A stretch of 64,000 nt of DNA from an uncultured Anaerolineales bacterium (lineage in GTDB: Bacteria > Chloroflexota > Anaerolineae > CG2-30-64-16). The position numbers and the translations under genes are program-made. The stretch covers positions 1,846 to 65,845 of the forward strand of contig CAZYGI010000013.1 of the NCBI GenBank assembly GCA_964647255.1, read 5' to 3'. Below, piece after piece: positions 10,433 through 21,021 of this stretch (positions are counted from its first letter, which is position 1; the number at the start of each line of letters is the position of its first letter). The notes under the pieces were generated by a model. The model was not told the origin of the DNA and did no database searches. It saw nothing but the letters and a program-made list of their open reading frames with translations.

Positions 10433-11755
10433 TTACGGGCACATGTTCGGCAGTGGCGGATCAATCCGCAGATAAGTGACCGGGCCGGTCATGGTCACGC
10501 CCCAGGACGTGATCTGGTAGAGGGCGTGGTTATGGGCGATGATATAGTACTCTCCACATTGGTTGAGTGTGGACATACCAGGGGGCATCTGGCCCATCTT
10601 GCCCAGGTAAGGACTGGCACTCCAGAACATCCCGAATGTCATGTTCGCGATGTCAGGGATAGTCACCGGGACGGGATTGGTCGCCTCGTCGTAGCCTTCG
10701 GCATCATACCATTTGAAGGTTACGTCCCAGGTCTGCCCGGGTCCGATGTTGATGGCGAACTTCTCGAAAGACAGGTCCTGGCCTCCCGGCCCTTCCAGCG
10801 GATGCCCGTCGCGGCCGATGACTTGGCCGTTGTTACCGTGGGGGTGGAAGGGGTAATCTTCGGTGCCCACATTGAGATACCGGATCATCCCAGGATAAGG
10901 ATGGTAGTTCGGATCGCTCGGGGGCAGCGTGTTGTTGAACGCATGAACGCGTGCCAGCGCGCCGTAAGGCTGGTTGGGAAGCCAGCTCGCGTAGTTGTTC
11001 GCGATGCTGTCCGGGAAACCGCGGCCGTTGATCAGCCAGTAACGCGGATGGTAGTTGGCGATGTTATAGGGCGTCCCGTTCTGGACCGCCTGGTGTTGAT
11101 ACGGATCAATCTCGGAGAGCAACACCAGGAACTCCTCCCCCGAGGTGAACTGGCTGTCGGCGCGGTTGTAGGCGAAGGTGGGGCCCATTGTCGGCCGTAC
11201 GATCAGGGCGCCGAACAGGCCCATGCGCACCTGTTTTTCCGGCTGCGTGCCGGACTCATAGATGTAGGTGCCCGGGTTGGAGGCCACAAAGCTGTAGGTG
11301 ATGCTCCCTCCATTCGCACCTGCGACATTCGTCATCGAGGTCAGGTTGCCGCTGCCGTCGAACTGCGGCTGCGCCGGGTTTCCGTCCGCCAGGACGTTAT
11401 CTTGCCCTGGGAAGATGATCGAGGCGGCGTCTGGCAAGTTGTTCACCAGGCGGACCGTCACCGTATCGCCCTGGTTGACGCACAACACCGGGCCGGGGTG
11501 CTGGAAAGGCGCACCGGCCAACGAATAGCTCCACATAAACATCGTGTTGCCGTCCGGCAGGATGATGTCGCCCGTCCCGGTGGTCAGATTGAAAGTTGGG
11601 TTGGGGCTTGTGCCGGTCGTGCAGGCGATGCCCACCGCGGGCCCGGTCTGGGCTGCCACCGGCGTGGGTTTTGCCAACGGGGCGACCGAGAGCAACGCCA
11701 CAAGCAGCACCAAGGCCAGCCCCCACCGGATCCCTTTGAGCATTGATGTACGCAT
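10433..11755 (-). CDS. multicopper oxidase-like protein (two cupredoxin domains), secreted
   Basis: Signal peptide, then HPGPVLCVNQGDTVTVRLVNNL and FHPHGNN (HxH Cu-site-like). AAGGAG lies 6 nt upstream of the ATG at 11755. Confidence 0.75.
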   Translation of the reverse strand: MRTSMLKGIRWGLALVLLVALLSVAPLAKPTPVAAQTGPAVGIACTTGTSPNPTFNLTTGTGDIILPDGNTMFMWSYSLAGAPFQHPGPVLCVNQGDTVTVRLVNNLPDAASIIFPGQDNVLADGNPAQPQFDGSGNLTSMTNVAGANGGSITYSFVASNPGTYIYESGTQPEKQVRMGLFGALIVRPTMGPTFAYNRADSQFTSGEEFLVLLSEIDPYQHQAVQNGTPYNIANYHPRYWLINGRGFPDSIANNYASWLPNQPYGALARVHAFNNTLPPSDPNYHPYPGMIRYLNVGTEDYPFHPHGNNGQVIGRDGHPLEGPGGQDLSFEKFAINIGPGQTWDVTFKWYDAEGYDEATNPVPVTIPDIANMTFGMFWSASPYLGKMGQMPPGMSTLNQCGEYYIIAHNHALYQITSWGVTMTGPVTYLRIDPPLPNMCP

Positions 11756-11785
11756 TCTGAGCTCCTTCTAGCGAGTATCGGGCCG

Positions 11786-13114
11786 CTATGCCCAGTCGTT
11801 CGGGAACTGCTGCGGGCCCACGCCGCTAGGGTAGACGCGCACTTCGGTCCGCTGCCCGCCATACCCGTTGCCCAGGTTATCTGTCTGGGTGTAGCGACGG
11901 TTGTAGAGCACGTAGGTATCGTAGGGGCCGGGACCCTGATAGGCCGGCGCGGTGAAGATGACGTCGAAGCTCTCGCCAGCGCCCATCGAGAGGGTGTCGG
12001 CCTCGTAGCTGGTATCGGTCCCGTCGCGCCCGCGCATCAGGGTGGCATCCCGGCCGACCACACGCATCTTGATGCCCGGCAGGGTCATGGCGGCTTCCCG
12101 GAAGCCCAGGTTGGCGAAGCGCAGCAGCACCCGCTCACCTGCGTTGCACCGCACCAGCGAGGAGAGCGGCTGGTACTGCAGGTGCTCGTAGCCTGGTATC
12201 GGCACCAGATCGCCGTTGGCGTCGCGGACCGGATTGAACGGGTCCACCGAGCCGTTCGGCGCGATCGTGTCAGGATAGACCCGCCCGTTTAGGAGGCTGA
12301 AGTCAGCCCGATAGTCGGACCATTCGGGCAATTGGATGTGTGCGTCGCACCAGTGCGCTTCGGCCCAGACTTCGCTGAGGAACATGGCAAACTCGCGGTC
12401 GAAGCCGGTCGAGCCATTGCCGTCGTTGTAGGCGTATTTGCCGCTGGGGTACAGCGCCGTGTTGCCGTTCTGCGCCGGCCGGACAAAGACCAGGCCGGTC
12501 ATGCCCATGTGCACGTGCTCGACGTCCTCGACGTGGCAGTGGTACATGTACGTGCCCGGCTCGTGCGGCCGGTAGACGTAGGTGAAGTTGCGGCCGATCG
12601 GCACGGAAAGCGACCCTGTCGGCTCGCCGTCGTAGAATGGGATCACGTTGCGGAAGCCGTGCCAGTGAAGCGTGTGCGAGTCCACCAGGTCAGGCCGCAT
12701 CTGCAGGCCCAGGTTTGTGAGCTGAAGGTGAAACTCGTTGCTGCCGTTGTACTGGTTGACCCAGAAGATCGGCGCGTTGTGCTGCGCATGCATCTTCTGG
12801 GCGCTGATCTGCGTCGCATTTAGCCCTGTGATATTGCGGAAGCCGAAGATGTAGGTCGTAAACGGCGCTTGCGCGTACGGGTCCGGATGATAGAACCCGA
12901 TCGGCGGCGTGGGCGGCAGGGAAATCCAGCCGTCCGTGCCGGCAAAGTACAAGTCCGGCGGCCGATCCGCGGCCTCCACGACGCCAACCGGCGCGAGCAA
13001 CCGGTTCAGGCGCCCTGGCACCAGGCTCGCGCCTGCGGTCAGCAAGGCGGCGCCACCAGCCAGCTTCAGGAAGTCGCGCCGGCTGAAACCGTGGGAAAAT
13101 GACTTCGTGCTCAT
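11786..13114 (-). CDS. multicopper oxidase with twin-arginine (Tat) signal
   Basis: Tat motif SRRDFLKLAGGAALL. Cu-ligand motifs HTLHWHG and YMYHCHVEDVEHVHMGM (HCH...H....M type-1/trinuclear signature). Confidence 0.85.
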   Translation of the reverse strand: MSTKSFSHGFSRRDFLKLAGGAALLTAGASLVPGRLNRLLAPVGVVEAADRPPDLYFAGTDGWISLPPTPPIGFYHPDPYAQAPFTTYIFGFRNITGLNATQISAQKMHAQHNAPIFWVNQYNGSNEFHLQLTNLGLQMRPDLVDSHTLHWHGFRNVIPFYDGEPTGSLSVPIGRNFTYVYRPHEPGTYMYHCHVEDVEHVHMGMTGLVFVRPAQNGNTALYPSGKYAYNDGNGSTGFDREFAMFLSEVWAEAHWCDAHIQLPEWSDYRADFSLLNGRVYPDTIAPNGSVDPFNPVRDANGDLVPIPGYEHLQYQPLSSLVRCNAGERVLLRFANLGFREAAMTLPGIKMRVVGRDATLMRGRDGTDTSYEADTLSMGAGESFDVIFTAPAYQGPGPYDTYVLYNRRYTQTDNLGNGYGGQRTEVRVYPSGVGPQQFPNDWA

Positions 13115-13127
13115 CTACACATCTCCT

Positions 13128-13874
13128 CTAGCTTATCGGCGAGAAGCGGCGCCGAACCAGTACGATCAAGACCCCGACGAGGGCCAATACCCCCCCCCAG
13201 GGCAACGCCGCTCCGGCACTCACCATCCCTGCGCCGCCAAACGACTGGAGCGTCACCGCAGTGGGACTCAGCCATTGCAGGTCCGGCTTGGTGCCGGCGC
13301 TGTCCTTAGAGCTAAACAGGGCGACTGATACACTGTTGCTGCAGCCGGCGGTAAAGGCCAGGGCGAAGCTCGCTTTCCTGCCTGGCCCAGGCGCCCCAGT
13401 CCCGGTGTTGAGATAGTTCGTCAACGCGGCACCGCTGAAGGTAACGCTGTTTCCCGCCGTCGGGGCCGGCTTGGAATCCAGAAGCGCGGCCGGCGCCAGA
13501 GGCAAGCCCGGCGCGTTGCTCCAATTTAGCGCGCCCTCGGTCCATGTGCCTGGCACACTATAGAGCCCCAACGTGGCGCTGCCCGCGCTGCTGACAGTGC
13601 TGGCCGTCAGCGTCAGCGATGCGGATCCCACAGTCTGACCTGTCGGGATGCTCGACAAGTCCCACTGAAGATAGGTGATATCGGTCGCATTGCAGGAAGT
13701 CGTGCTTCCGACGACAGACAAGGTGTTCGGATCGGTCGTGCCGAAGGTCGTCCCCGTCGCAGTTGACCTCGCGTAGGCATCGTTGCTGGGCGGATTGGAA
13801 GCCGCCAGGACCGAGCTGGTCGGCAGCGTCAAAACCGCACATGCGATGACAGCTAACAAGAACAGGCGTTTCAT
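13128..13874 (-). CDS. secreted protein with C-terminal membrane anchor (DNRLRE/CBM96-like fold suspected)
   Basis: Signal peptide MKRLFLLAVIACAVL. YLQWDLSSIPTGQTVGSASLTL resembles DNRLRE-type domains. The C-terminus is hydrophobic, followed by RRR (LALVGVLIVLVRRR). Confidence 0.5.
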   Translation of the reverse strand: MKRLFLLAVIACAVLTLPTSSVLAASNPPSNDAYARSTATGTTFGTTDPNTLSVVGSTTSCNATDITYLQWDLSSIPTGQTVGSASLTLTASTVSSAGSATLGLYSVPGTWTEGALNWSNAPGLPLAPAALLDSKPAPTAGNSVTFSGAALTNYLNTGTGAPGPGRKASFALAFTAGCSNSVSVALFSSKDSAGTKPDLQWLSPTAVTLQSFGGAGMVSAGAALPWGGVLALVGVLIVLVRRRFSPIS

Positions 13875-13978
13875 GTCTCATTTCCTCCCTGGTAATCGCT
13901 GGAAAGACCTCACATCAAAGCCGCGTGACTGAGCCTTCCAGTGGCACGCCGCCCGCGCCACTGGAAGGCGGATTCACG

Positions 13979-16900
13979 TCAGGGCCATTGCGCCGGCGCG
14001 CCGGCGGCCAAACATAGTTGATACGGATGTCCGATCTCTGTCGTGAAGTTGGTCCCGAAGGAGATGGCCGGCAGCCAGAACTCGTACGTTTGGCTTAGAG
14101 CGTCCCAGTGCAAGGCCTGATCCACCTGCGTGACCGACGCTGATAAGGCGCCGGCGGTCGTGATGGTCGCCTGATCCAACGGCAACATGATGTTGTTCAG
14201 CAGACAGTTCGGGCTCGCCCCGATCAAACTGAAGTGTAGAGCGCCTGCCGTCGGCACACCGCCCAGGAAGCTCACCACCGATGGCCCGGTGTTGTCGAGT
14301 TGCACCCAGTAGGCCTGGCCGGTCTGCAAGTTGAAGTTCGTCCCGAAGGAGATGGCCGGCAGCCAGAACTCAAACGTCTGTGAGGCGGGGTCCCAGTGCA
14401 GAACCTGCGTGACACCGGCGCCGATGTAGGCCGCCAAGGCCTGTGCGTTCGGCAACTGGGCCAGCACCTCCAGCGGCAAAGCAATCTGATTGAGATACTC
14501 GACCGCACCCACGCCTGGCGTCAGGCCGAAGTTGAACACACCTACCCGGTTGGAGTTCACTGACGGCCCGCCGGCGTTCATGGCGCGTACGACGTAGTAG
14601 TAGTTCACGAGCCCCACATTGCCGACGACGCCGGTGTCCGTGAAGCCAGGGGTGAGGACCGTGGCCCAGAGTGTGTTGACGTCCGGTGCAAAGTACGGGC
14701 TGGTGCTGCGGAACACCTGGTAGCTGGTGACCACCGTGGCCCCGCCCCCGGTGTCCAGCGTCACCGCGGCCCAGTTCAGCACAGCGTTGCTGCCGGAGCG
14801 GGAGATCGTGACGACAGGGGCCTGCGGCGGGAGCGTCCAGACTTCATTGGCGCTCATGTCGAAGCCTGCCCCCTGCGGGCGAAGGATGCCGTCAATATCG
14901 TCGGACGGCGCATTAACACCGCCCGCAGCCGCCGCGCCTGCATCCACTGCCGGTGAACCGGACTGGATCCGGTAGTTGCTCAGCAGGTTCGGCGCCAGAT
15001 CTACGCCCACCATGATGGCGCTGACGAAGTTCGGGTTGGTCCGCCACGGGCTGAACCCCACTGAGGAATTGTAGGGGAGCGCCACGTTCGGATCGGTGCC
15101 GACCTTGTTGGTGGGGCTCGCATTCGTGCCAGCAGTGACCTGCAGGATCGAGTTGGTCGGCGACAACAGGCCGATCCCGTCTGCGTCCGCGAGATCCCAG
15201 TGGTTGATCGGAGTGACATCGCCCGCGATACCGAGGCCAATCACGGTCGCACCGGCCCGAGTGCCCGCCCGATTGTCCCAGAAGATGTTGTTGAACACCA
15301 GCGGGTTGCTCCAGCGCGGCGCCCCAGATGGCAAGGTGGCTTGCAATAGGGTGCTGTTAGCCGAGGTGGAGAGACCGGCCGGGGCCGGCAGGCCGTTGCT
15401 GGTCAGTGCGGTCGCTGTCGTAATGTTCTTCATGATCGTGTTGTTGTAGACCCGCACGTTCGGCGCGTCGTTCAGGCTGATGCCACCGCCCTCATGCGTG
15501 GACACGTTGTTCACGATCATGTTGTTGTAAACGTTGAACGGGAAGTTGCCCGCCATCAGGAAGCGGAGGCCGCCGCCGTCGTCGTTGCCCAGGTTCGCCT
15601 GAATCAGGTTGTCGAAGATGTCGGCCGGCCCCGTGCCCGGCGAGAGTGCGGTTGTGCTCGCCGGCAACTCGCCCGCGATCATGACGCCGCCGCCTTCATC
15701 GTAAGAACGGTCGAAGTAGATGCGGTTATGGTGGATCTTACCGTTCGGGCTGAGGCCGTAGACCGTCAGACCGCCGCCGTATTCGGCCGAGAAGTTGCCG
15801 CAGATGTCGTTGTAGGCCACCTCGTAGGCGTCCGCGCCGGCGAAGAGGCCGATGCCTCCCGCCAGGTTGGTGCCCGCGTTGGCAATGACCCGGTTGTTGG
15901 CGATGCGCACGTTCTCGTTGTGACTGCTCGTGTTCGGCGCAGGCAGATCAGGCGTGCCCAGACGAATGGTGCCGTAAGCGCCGCCATTGTTCTCGACCAC
16001 GTTGTTGGTGATCTGCAGGTTGCGGGCGTAGCCGTTGGCGAAGATAGCCCCGCCTTGGGTAACCAGGTTGGCCGGCAAGCCGGTGATGCCGCCACCGATG
16101 ACATTGAGATTGCCGGGGAAGCCCTGCTGGTCGCCGCCGCGCAGGTCAAAGCCGTCAATGCTGCCGGGGTAGCCGGCGGTGAAGGCGCCATCATGGGTGA
16201 AGATGGAGACCACCGCGCCGTCGAAGATGTTCTGGTTGCCGTCCCAGGTCAAACCAAGGATGGTGGTATACCAGTCGGTGGCTACCACACTATCACCGCC
16301 GAACGCGCCGCCGTCCACGATCGAGCCGGGCACGCGGGTGCCGTCCGGGTATACGCCGCCCGGGCCAACGCCTTGCAGTTTGACCGGCGTGGTCATGATG
16401 AGGTTTTCGTAGTAGGCGCCGCGCGGGTTGACGCGCGGGTCGGGGTCAGGGATGCCCGGGTAGACCACCACGAGGTCATTTCCGGCACTGGCAGCTGCCG
16501 CATTGAGCGCGCGTTGGATCGCGTGCCGCGCCAGGCTGGGGTCCGGATCCGTTGGGCTGTAAGGCTTGCCGGGTCCGACCTCGTAGACGTTAGGCTGGTA
16601 GGCCGCGCCCGGCGGGGCGGTCGTCACCGTACCGCCGCTGAAATTGTCGACGCGCTGCCCGATGGGGAGCTGCATGCCGATCCGGCCGCCGCCCGTCCCC
16701 TGCGTCCAGGCGCCCGTGCCGATCGTCGGGATCGCCACGCTGCCAAGCAGCGTGGTGGTGGCCCCGGTAGTCTTGAACACGTACACGGAGCCGTCGCCGT
16801 ACGCCGCCGCAGTCAGCGTGTCGCCCGACGCGAAGGTCGCCGCGAAGGTGCCGCGCGTCGTCAGCGTGCCACCGGCGTTGGTCGTCGTCGCAACCACCAC

Positions 16901-19900
16901 ACTGGGACTCTGATAAGTCACGACGATGTAGTTGTTCGGGCTTGCAGCGGTGCCCCCGCTCGCCTTCAGAATCAGGCTTGGTCGCGGGGCGATATTGACC
17001 GGCGCATTGGCAAAGGTGAAGGCCGCGCCCTGGGCTGCGCCAAAAACGTTGCCCGTGCCGTTCCAGATCGCCTGGCCTGTCGCCAGTGCTTGCGCCTGAT
17101 TGTTGTTAACCCGGATTGCCGCGATACCTGCAGTGACCGTCTGGCTCCAATTCGCGCCGAGCGTGTTCGCGTTGGTCCGGTTGAAGTTATCGAGCACCGG
17201 TAGAGAAGGCATGGCCCCGCCGCTGCCCAGCACGTGGAAAGTCAGGCCGTTGATCGTGCGCTGGCCGTTGGCTGCGGTGATCTTCAGTTGGTGCGGCCCG
17301 ACAGGGGTGGACCCTGGCACGGTGACGGCGATCGAGCGATCGTTCCAAGACGTCACCGGCAGGGCCGTAGCGTCGAGCGTGACCTGGCCGGCGCCTTGCG
17401 TGGCGCCGAAACCCTGTCCGGTAATCGTGAACGACCCGCTGCCGTTCACGTAGGGCCGCGAGACGGCGAAAATCTGCGGCGTGGCCGCATCCAGCGCGCA
17501 GCTTATGGGTTGATTGAACTGCGAACCCGGCAACTGGATCGTCACACCTACCTGCGTGGGCGCCAGGTCGGCCGGCACGAGCAGACCGGGGAAGGCCTCG
17601 AACTCCGCGGCGATGGTGCGGAACTGCGGGTTGTAGTTCAGGTTGAGGCGACCCGGGATGCCGGGATCGTTGCCGACGAACCGATACAGGTTGGCGCACA
17701 CCCCCGAAGGTGTCGGGCAGTTGATGCGCGTGGTGGATGGCAGCAACACGTCGAAGAGGCCGTTATAGTCGGACTCGACGGTGTCAACCAGCCGATTGGC
17801 GTAGTCGTAGATGCCCACCGGCGCGAACGGAACGCCCGCCTTCTCGCCATAGGTCAACGACCTCGGATTGCTGGAGAAGTTCAGGTCGTCCACGATCAGA
17901 CCCCAGAACCGGCCCGGGATCGGCACGTCGGTGAACAGGTTGAAGCCCGGCGCGGTCGAGCGCCCGTTGCTGACGGTCACCAGTTTCGTGGTGCACAGCG
18001 GCTTCTGCAGGCCTTCATACGGGCTGCCGCCCGCACCGGCAAAGTCGGGGTTGTCCACCGGCGCAGAGGCCGGCACCGTGATGCCGCCGGGGAGCGTGGT
18101 TGCCGGGTAACCATCGGTGCCAACGCCTGCCACGTCAACCGTGTGCAGCGGACCGACGCAGGCTGCCGGCGGGATCTGCGGCACCCACTGGTCGCCCGAG
18201 AAGATGTTGATGTCCTCCTCTTTGGTCACCTGATACATCGGTCTGCCGAGGGCATCATTAGGAATCTGCACGTCAACCAGGTAATCGCCGGGCGTCAGCG
18301 GGCTGAATGCGCCGCCGTTGCAGACCGGGTTGGCCGGGTCAGCGGCGTCCAGGGTGCCGCTGTAGCAGGCGTCGCCGAAGCCGTAGTTGCCGTCCACCGT
18401 GGCACCGAAGTTGGCGTCCGGGGTGCCCTGGTCCGTGGGATAGGCGCCGAACTGGTTGCTCATCAACGGACCTTCCAGACAGTCCGCATTCGGATCCGTG
18501 GGCAACACCTGCTGGTCGGCCGGATAGGTCAGCGGATCGCCGTCAACGTTGCGGGCCACACACCCCTTCGGCCGCTGCCAGTTCTCGGTGACGTAGACGT
18601 TCAGCAGCTTGCCCTTGGCAAAGGAGCCGTCCGGGGCAAGCTCATAGCGCCCGGTCGAATCACACGACGTTCCCGCATGGGTCCCGCAGATTACCGGGGC
18701 GTGCAGGTTGACGGTCAAGTTGGGGATGCCGGGCTGCCAGATCTCCACGAACGCGTAGCGCGGGTCCAGCTCGTTGCGGGTGGTGTCGTAGCTGACCGTA
18801 CCGACGATGCCGCCGTTGGTGCCGGCCGCGTACTGCTTCACACCCCAGTCCAGGCGGCCGGAGAGGCCAATGATCGGCAGCACGCTGACGTCCACGCCGG
18901 CGCCGAGCACCGTGGTTTCGGTCGGCTGATTATCCGCCTGGTAGGTGACGCCGGTGGTGTGGTACAGGTCGCTGTACACTTCCTGCACCAGCCATTGCGT
19001 AATCGGATAAGCGTTCTCCATGTAGTAATAGCCGTTGGCGTCGGTGGTGACCGTGGTGGCGCCGCGATCCATCACCGAATTCTCGCGCTTCTTCATGGTG
19101 ACCGGGAAGTTTGCCAGGCCCGGCTCGCCCGGGTCCATCTTGCCGTTTTCGTTGAGATCGTTGAAGACGTGACCCTCGATCTGGGTCCACCAGCCGGTCA
19201 AGGGCAGCACGCCCAGGTCAACTAGCTCCCCGTTGCTCACAGTGACATTGATCAGGTCGAGGATGTAATCCTGCGGCTCATCCCACCAAGTGAGGGTGTA
19301 GTTGCCATCCGGCACGTGTGGGATATCGAAGGTGCCGTCGGGGTTGCCCTGCCCCACGTAAACGGCGGTGTCGCCGTTCGTCAGATCGGTGAGTGCGATC
19401 CAGGGGCGATCAATCGGCTTGTCGAGCTTCGCGCCCCTCAGGCCGCCCCAGATGGTGCCGGGCAGGCCCAGACCACCTGTTGTGGGGACGTAAACCTTGG
19501 TGGCCATCACCAGGCCCTTGATCTCGCCGGTGGCCGGGCTGGCGGGCAAGGCTGTCGGTTTCACAAACCCAAAGAAGATGGCGGGGTAAGGTTCCCCGGC
19601 GACGATAAACTCCGTGTCCAGGCCGGTCGCGCCTTCCATGACCCAGGCGTCCCAGTCATGGTTGCCTTCCAGGGTCGTGGTCTGGATCCAGGTCTGGCCA
19701 TCGGGCGGAGTTGCCGAAAGAGCGTAGCGGTTGGGACCCACATTCGGGATCACCAAGTCGCCGTTCGCATCGCTGATGCAGTGGCCGCCTGTGCCGGGAA
19801 TGGGGGTCGGGGTGTAGTCCGGCGGATTCAGGATGACGTTGCCGTTCACATCCATCTCGTATTGCGTGCACAACGGGTTGCCAAACACGTCGGTGGTCAC

Positions 19901-20611
19901 CTCGCCGAGATAATCGGCAATGTGGCCGACGAAGCCGGGCAGGCCGTGCTCGGCCGGCTCATCCGGCCCGCTGTTGACGGGCGAAGTATCTTCGAAGATC
20001 CGCGCGCGAATCGTGGCGGTGGGCAGCGGATTGGGCTGCAGCTCCACGGTCACGGGGCCGCTGAGCGGCACCGTGAAATGTGCGCCGTCCAGCTTGTAGC
20101 CGCTGGCCATGACCGAAATCAAATACCTGCCGTTAGGCAGGTTGATGGCGGGATTCGTCCCGTTGAAGTCATCCTGGTTGCCTTCGGCGTAGATCGGGCT
20201 CGAACCCGGCACGCCGGCGATCGAGGTCCATTGACAGGTGCCAGGGTAACCCGGATTAGAAGGTGAGCACGCGCCCCCCTGGTCCGTGGCGTTGGCGCGC
20301 TGGGTTGTCGTGCCGGTGTTATCAATGTTAATGATGTACTTGTATGCCGTGACGGCAGCGCCCTTCGCTACACCCACGCCGCCAAAGGCGCGCGGCTCGG
20401 TTCGGGCGCTGATGACATTCAGGTCAAGAATATTTGTGGTTGCTTCCGGGCCAAGCTGGGCGTTGGCCAGAGGCTGGGCCAGGGCCGTTGACGTCGGGCC
20501 GGGCGCTTGCAGACCGAGCGCGGACAACAGCAAGCCGAGGATCAACAACAAGCGCGCCGAGCTGCTCAACCTCGAGTGGGGCCTGACAAACCTGACATGA
20601 GTGAAATGCAT
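13979..20611 (-). CDS. giant secreted surface protein (2,210 aa): SdrD/Cna-B-like domains, IPT/TIG, parallel beta-helix repeats, FN3, duplicated C-terminal module
   Basis: Start set at MHFTHVRF (ATG 20611, GGAGGG upstream) with a signal-like LLLILGLLLSALGL. An IPT-like segment FTITGQGFG...SIAVTVPG is present. Many NN-rich beta-helix turns occur (e.g. VYNNTIMKN, FNNIFWDN). An FN3-like segment reads VLNWAAV...YQVFRS. Confidence 0.85.
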   Translation of the reverse strand: MHFTHVRFVRPHSRLSSSARLLLILGLLLSALGLQAPGPTSTALAQPLANAQLGPEATTNILDLNVISARTEPRAFGGVGVAKGAAVTAYKYIINIDNTGTTTQRANATDQGGACSPSNPGYPGTCQWTSIAGVPGSSPIYAEGNQDDFNGTNPAINLPNGRYLISVMASGYKLDGAHFTVPLSGPVTVELQPNPLPTATIRARIFEDTSPVNSGPDEPAEHGLPGFVGHIADYLGEVTTDVFGNPLCTQYEMDVNGNVILNPPDYTPTPIPGTGGHCISDANGDLVIPNVGPNRYALSATPPDGQTWIQTTTLEGNHDWDAWVMEGATGLDTEFIVAGEPYPAIFFGFVKPTALPASPATGEIKGLVMATKVYVPTTGGLGLPGTIWGGLRGAKLDKPIDRPWIALTDLTNGDTAVYVGQGNPDGTFDIPHVPDGNYTLTWWDEPQDYILDLINVTVSNGELVDLGVLPLTGWWTQIEGHVFNDLNENGKMDPGEPGLANFPVTMKKRENSVMDRGATTVTTDANGYYYMENAYPITQWLVQEVYSDLYHTTGVTYQADNQPTETTVLGAGVDVSVLPIIGLSGRLDWGVKQYAAGTNGGIVGTVSYDTTRNELDPRYAFVEIWQPGIPNLTVNLHAPVICGTHAGTSCDSTGRYELAPDGSFAKGKLLNVYVTENWQRPKGCVARNVDGDPLTYPADQQVLPTDPNADCLEGPLMSNQFGAYPTDQGTPDANFGATVDGNYGFGDACYSGTLDAADPANPVCNGGAFSPLTPGDYLVDVQIPNDALGRPMYQVTKEEDINIFSGDQWVPQIPPAACVGPLHTVDVAGVGTDGYPATTLPGGITVPASAPVDNPDFAGAGGSPYEGLQKPLCTTKLVTVSNGRSTAPGFNLFTDVPIPGRFWGLIVDDLNFSSNPRSLTYGEKAGVPFAPVGIYDYANRLVDTVESDYNGLFDVLLPSTTRINCPTPSGVCANLYRFVGNDPGIPGRLNLNYNPQFRTIAAEFEAFPGLLVPADLAPTQVGVTIQLPGSQFNQPISCALDAATPQIFAVSRPYVNGSGSFTITGQGFGATQGAGQVTLDATALPVTSWNDRSIAVTVPGSTPVGPHQLKITAANGQRTINGLTFHVLGSGGAMPSLPVLDNFNRTNANTLGANWSQTVTAGIAAIRVNNNQAQALATGQAIWNGTGNVFGAAQGAAFTFANAPVNIAPRPSLILKASGGTAASPNNYIVVTYQSPSVVVATTTNAGGTLTTRGTFAATFASGDTLTAAAYGDGSVYVFKTTGATTTLLGSVAIPTIGTGAWTQGTGGGRIGMQLPIGQRVDNFSGGTVTTAPPGAAYQPNVYEVGPGKPYSPTDPDPSLARHAIQRALNAAAASAGNDLVVVYPGIPDPDPRVNPRGAYYENLIMTTPVKLQGVGPGGVYPDGTRVPGSIVDGGAFGGDSVVATDWYTTILGLTWDGNQNIFDGAVVSIFTHDGAFTAGYPGSIDGFDLRGGDQQGFPGNLNVIGGGITGLPANLVTQGGAIFANGYARNLQITNNVVENNGGAYGTIRLGTPDLPAPNTSSHNENVRIANNRVIANAGTNLAGGIGLFAGADAYEVAYNDICGNFSAEYGGGLTVYGLSPNGKIHHNRIYFDRSYDEGGGVMIAGELPASTTALSPGTGPADIFDNLIQANLGNDDGGGLRFLMAGNFPFNVYNNMIVNNVSTHEGGGISLNDAPNVRVYNNTIMKNITTATALTSNGLPAPAGLSTSANSTLLQATLPSGAPRWSNPLVFNNIFWDNRAGTRAGATVIGLGIAGDVTPINHWDLADADGIGLLSPTNSILQVTAGTNASPTNKVGTDPNVALPYNSSVGFSPWRTNPNFVSAIMVGVDLAPNLLSNYRIQSGSPAVDAGAAAAGGVNAPSDDIDGILRPQGAGFDMSANEVWTLPPQAPVVTISRSGSNAVLNWAAVTLDTGGGATVVTSYQVFRSTSPYFAPDVNTLWATVLTPGFTDTGVVGNVGLVNYYYVVRAMNAGGPSVNSNRVGVFNFGLTPGVGAVEYLNQIALPLEVLAQLPNAQALAAYIGAGVTQVLHWDPASQTFEFWLPAISFGTNFNLQTGQAYWVQLDNTGPSVVSFLGGVPTAGALHFSLIGASPNCLLNNIMLPLDQATITTAGALSASVTQVDQALHWDALSQTYEFWLPAISFGTNFTTEIGHPYQLCLAAGAPAQWP

Positions 20612-21021
20612 GTATCCCTCCGTTTCCCTGGAATTGCTGTCCGACTTACTGAACCGACAACGACGCGGAAATCGCCGCCAGTCACACAAACACGGGAGGA
20701 CCTCGCCTTCCGCCAATCTGGGCTCCCAGAGGCCTGATGGTGACCCTGCCTTACGATAACATGGAAGCGTACGGCGGGCGTCCCGCCGAAGAATGACCCG
20801 TTTCTCCCACTTAAGTCTCATTCCCGATGAGCCGTAGGAGGGTTGCGGCCACCCTCACCGGAGGTCTATACTGAAACCGACTCTCGATGTTTTGTAGACT
20901 TCGAAGGTCTCCGCGATAGCTGGGGTTCGGCCTTCGCGGAGTTAGCCATCGAACAACGTTCACTGGGGCGAATGCAGAAAGTCCTGGCGACTCCAGCGTA
21001 TCTTGATGGAGGAGGAGGAGC

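Noticed and set aside
15494-19225. Two long plus-strand ORFs (569 and 663 aa) inside the giant minus-strand gene
   Set aside because: Low-complexity Arg/Ala/Val/Gly translations opposite a domain-rich 2,210-aa ORF. No RBS or start context.
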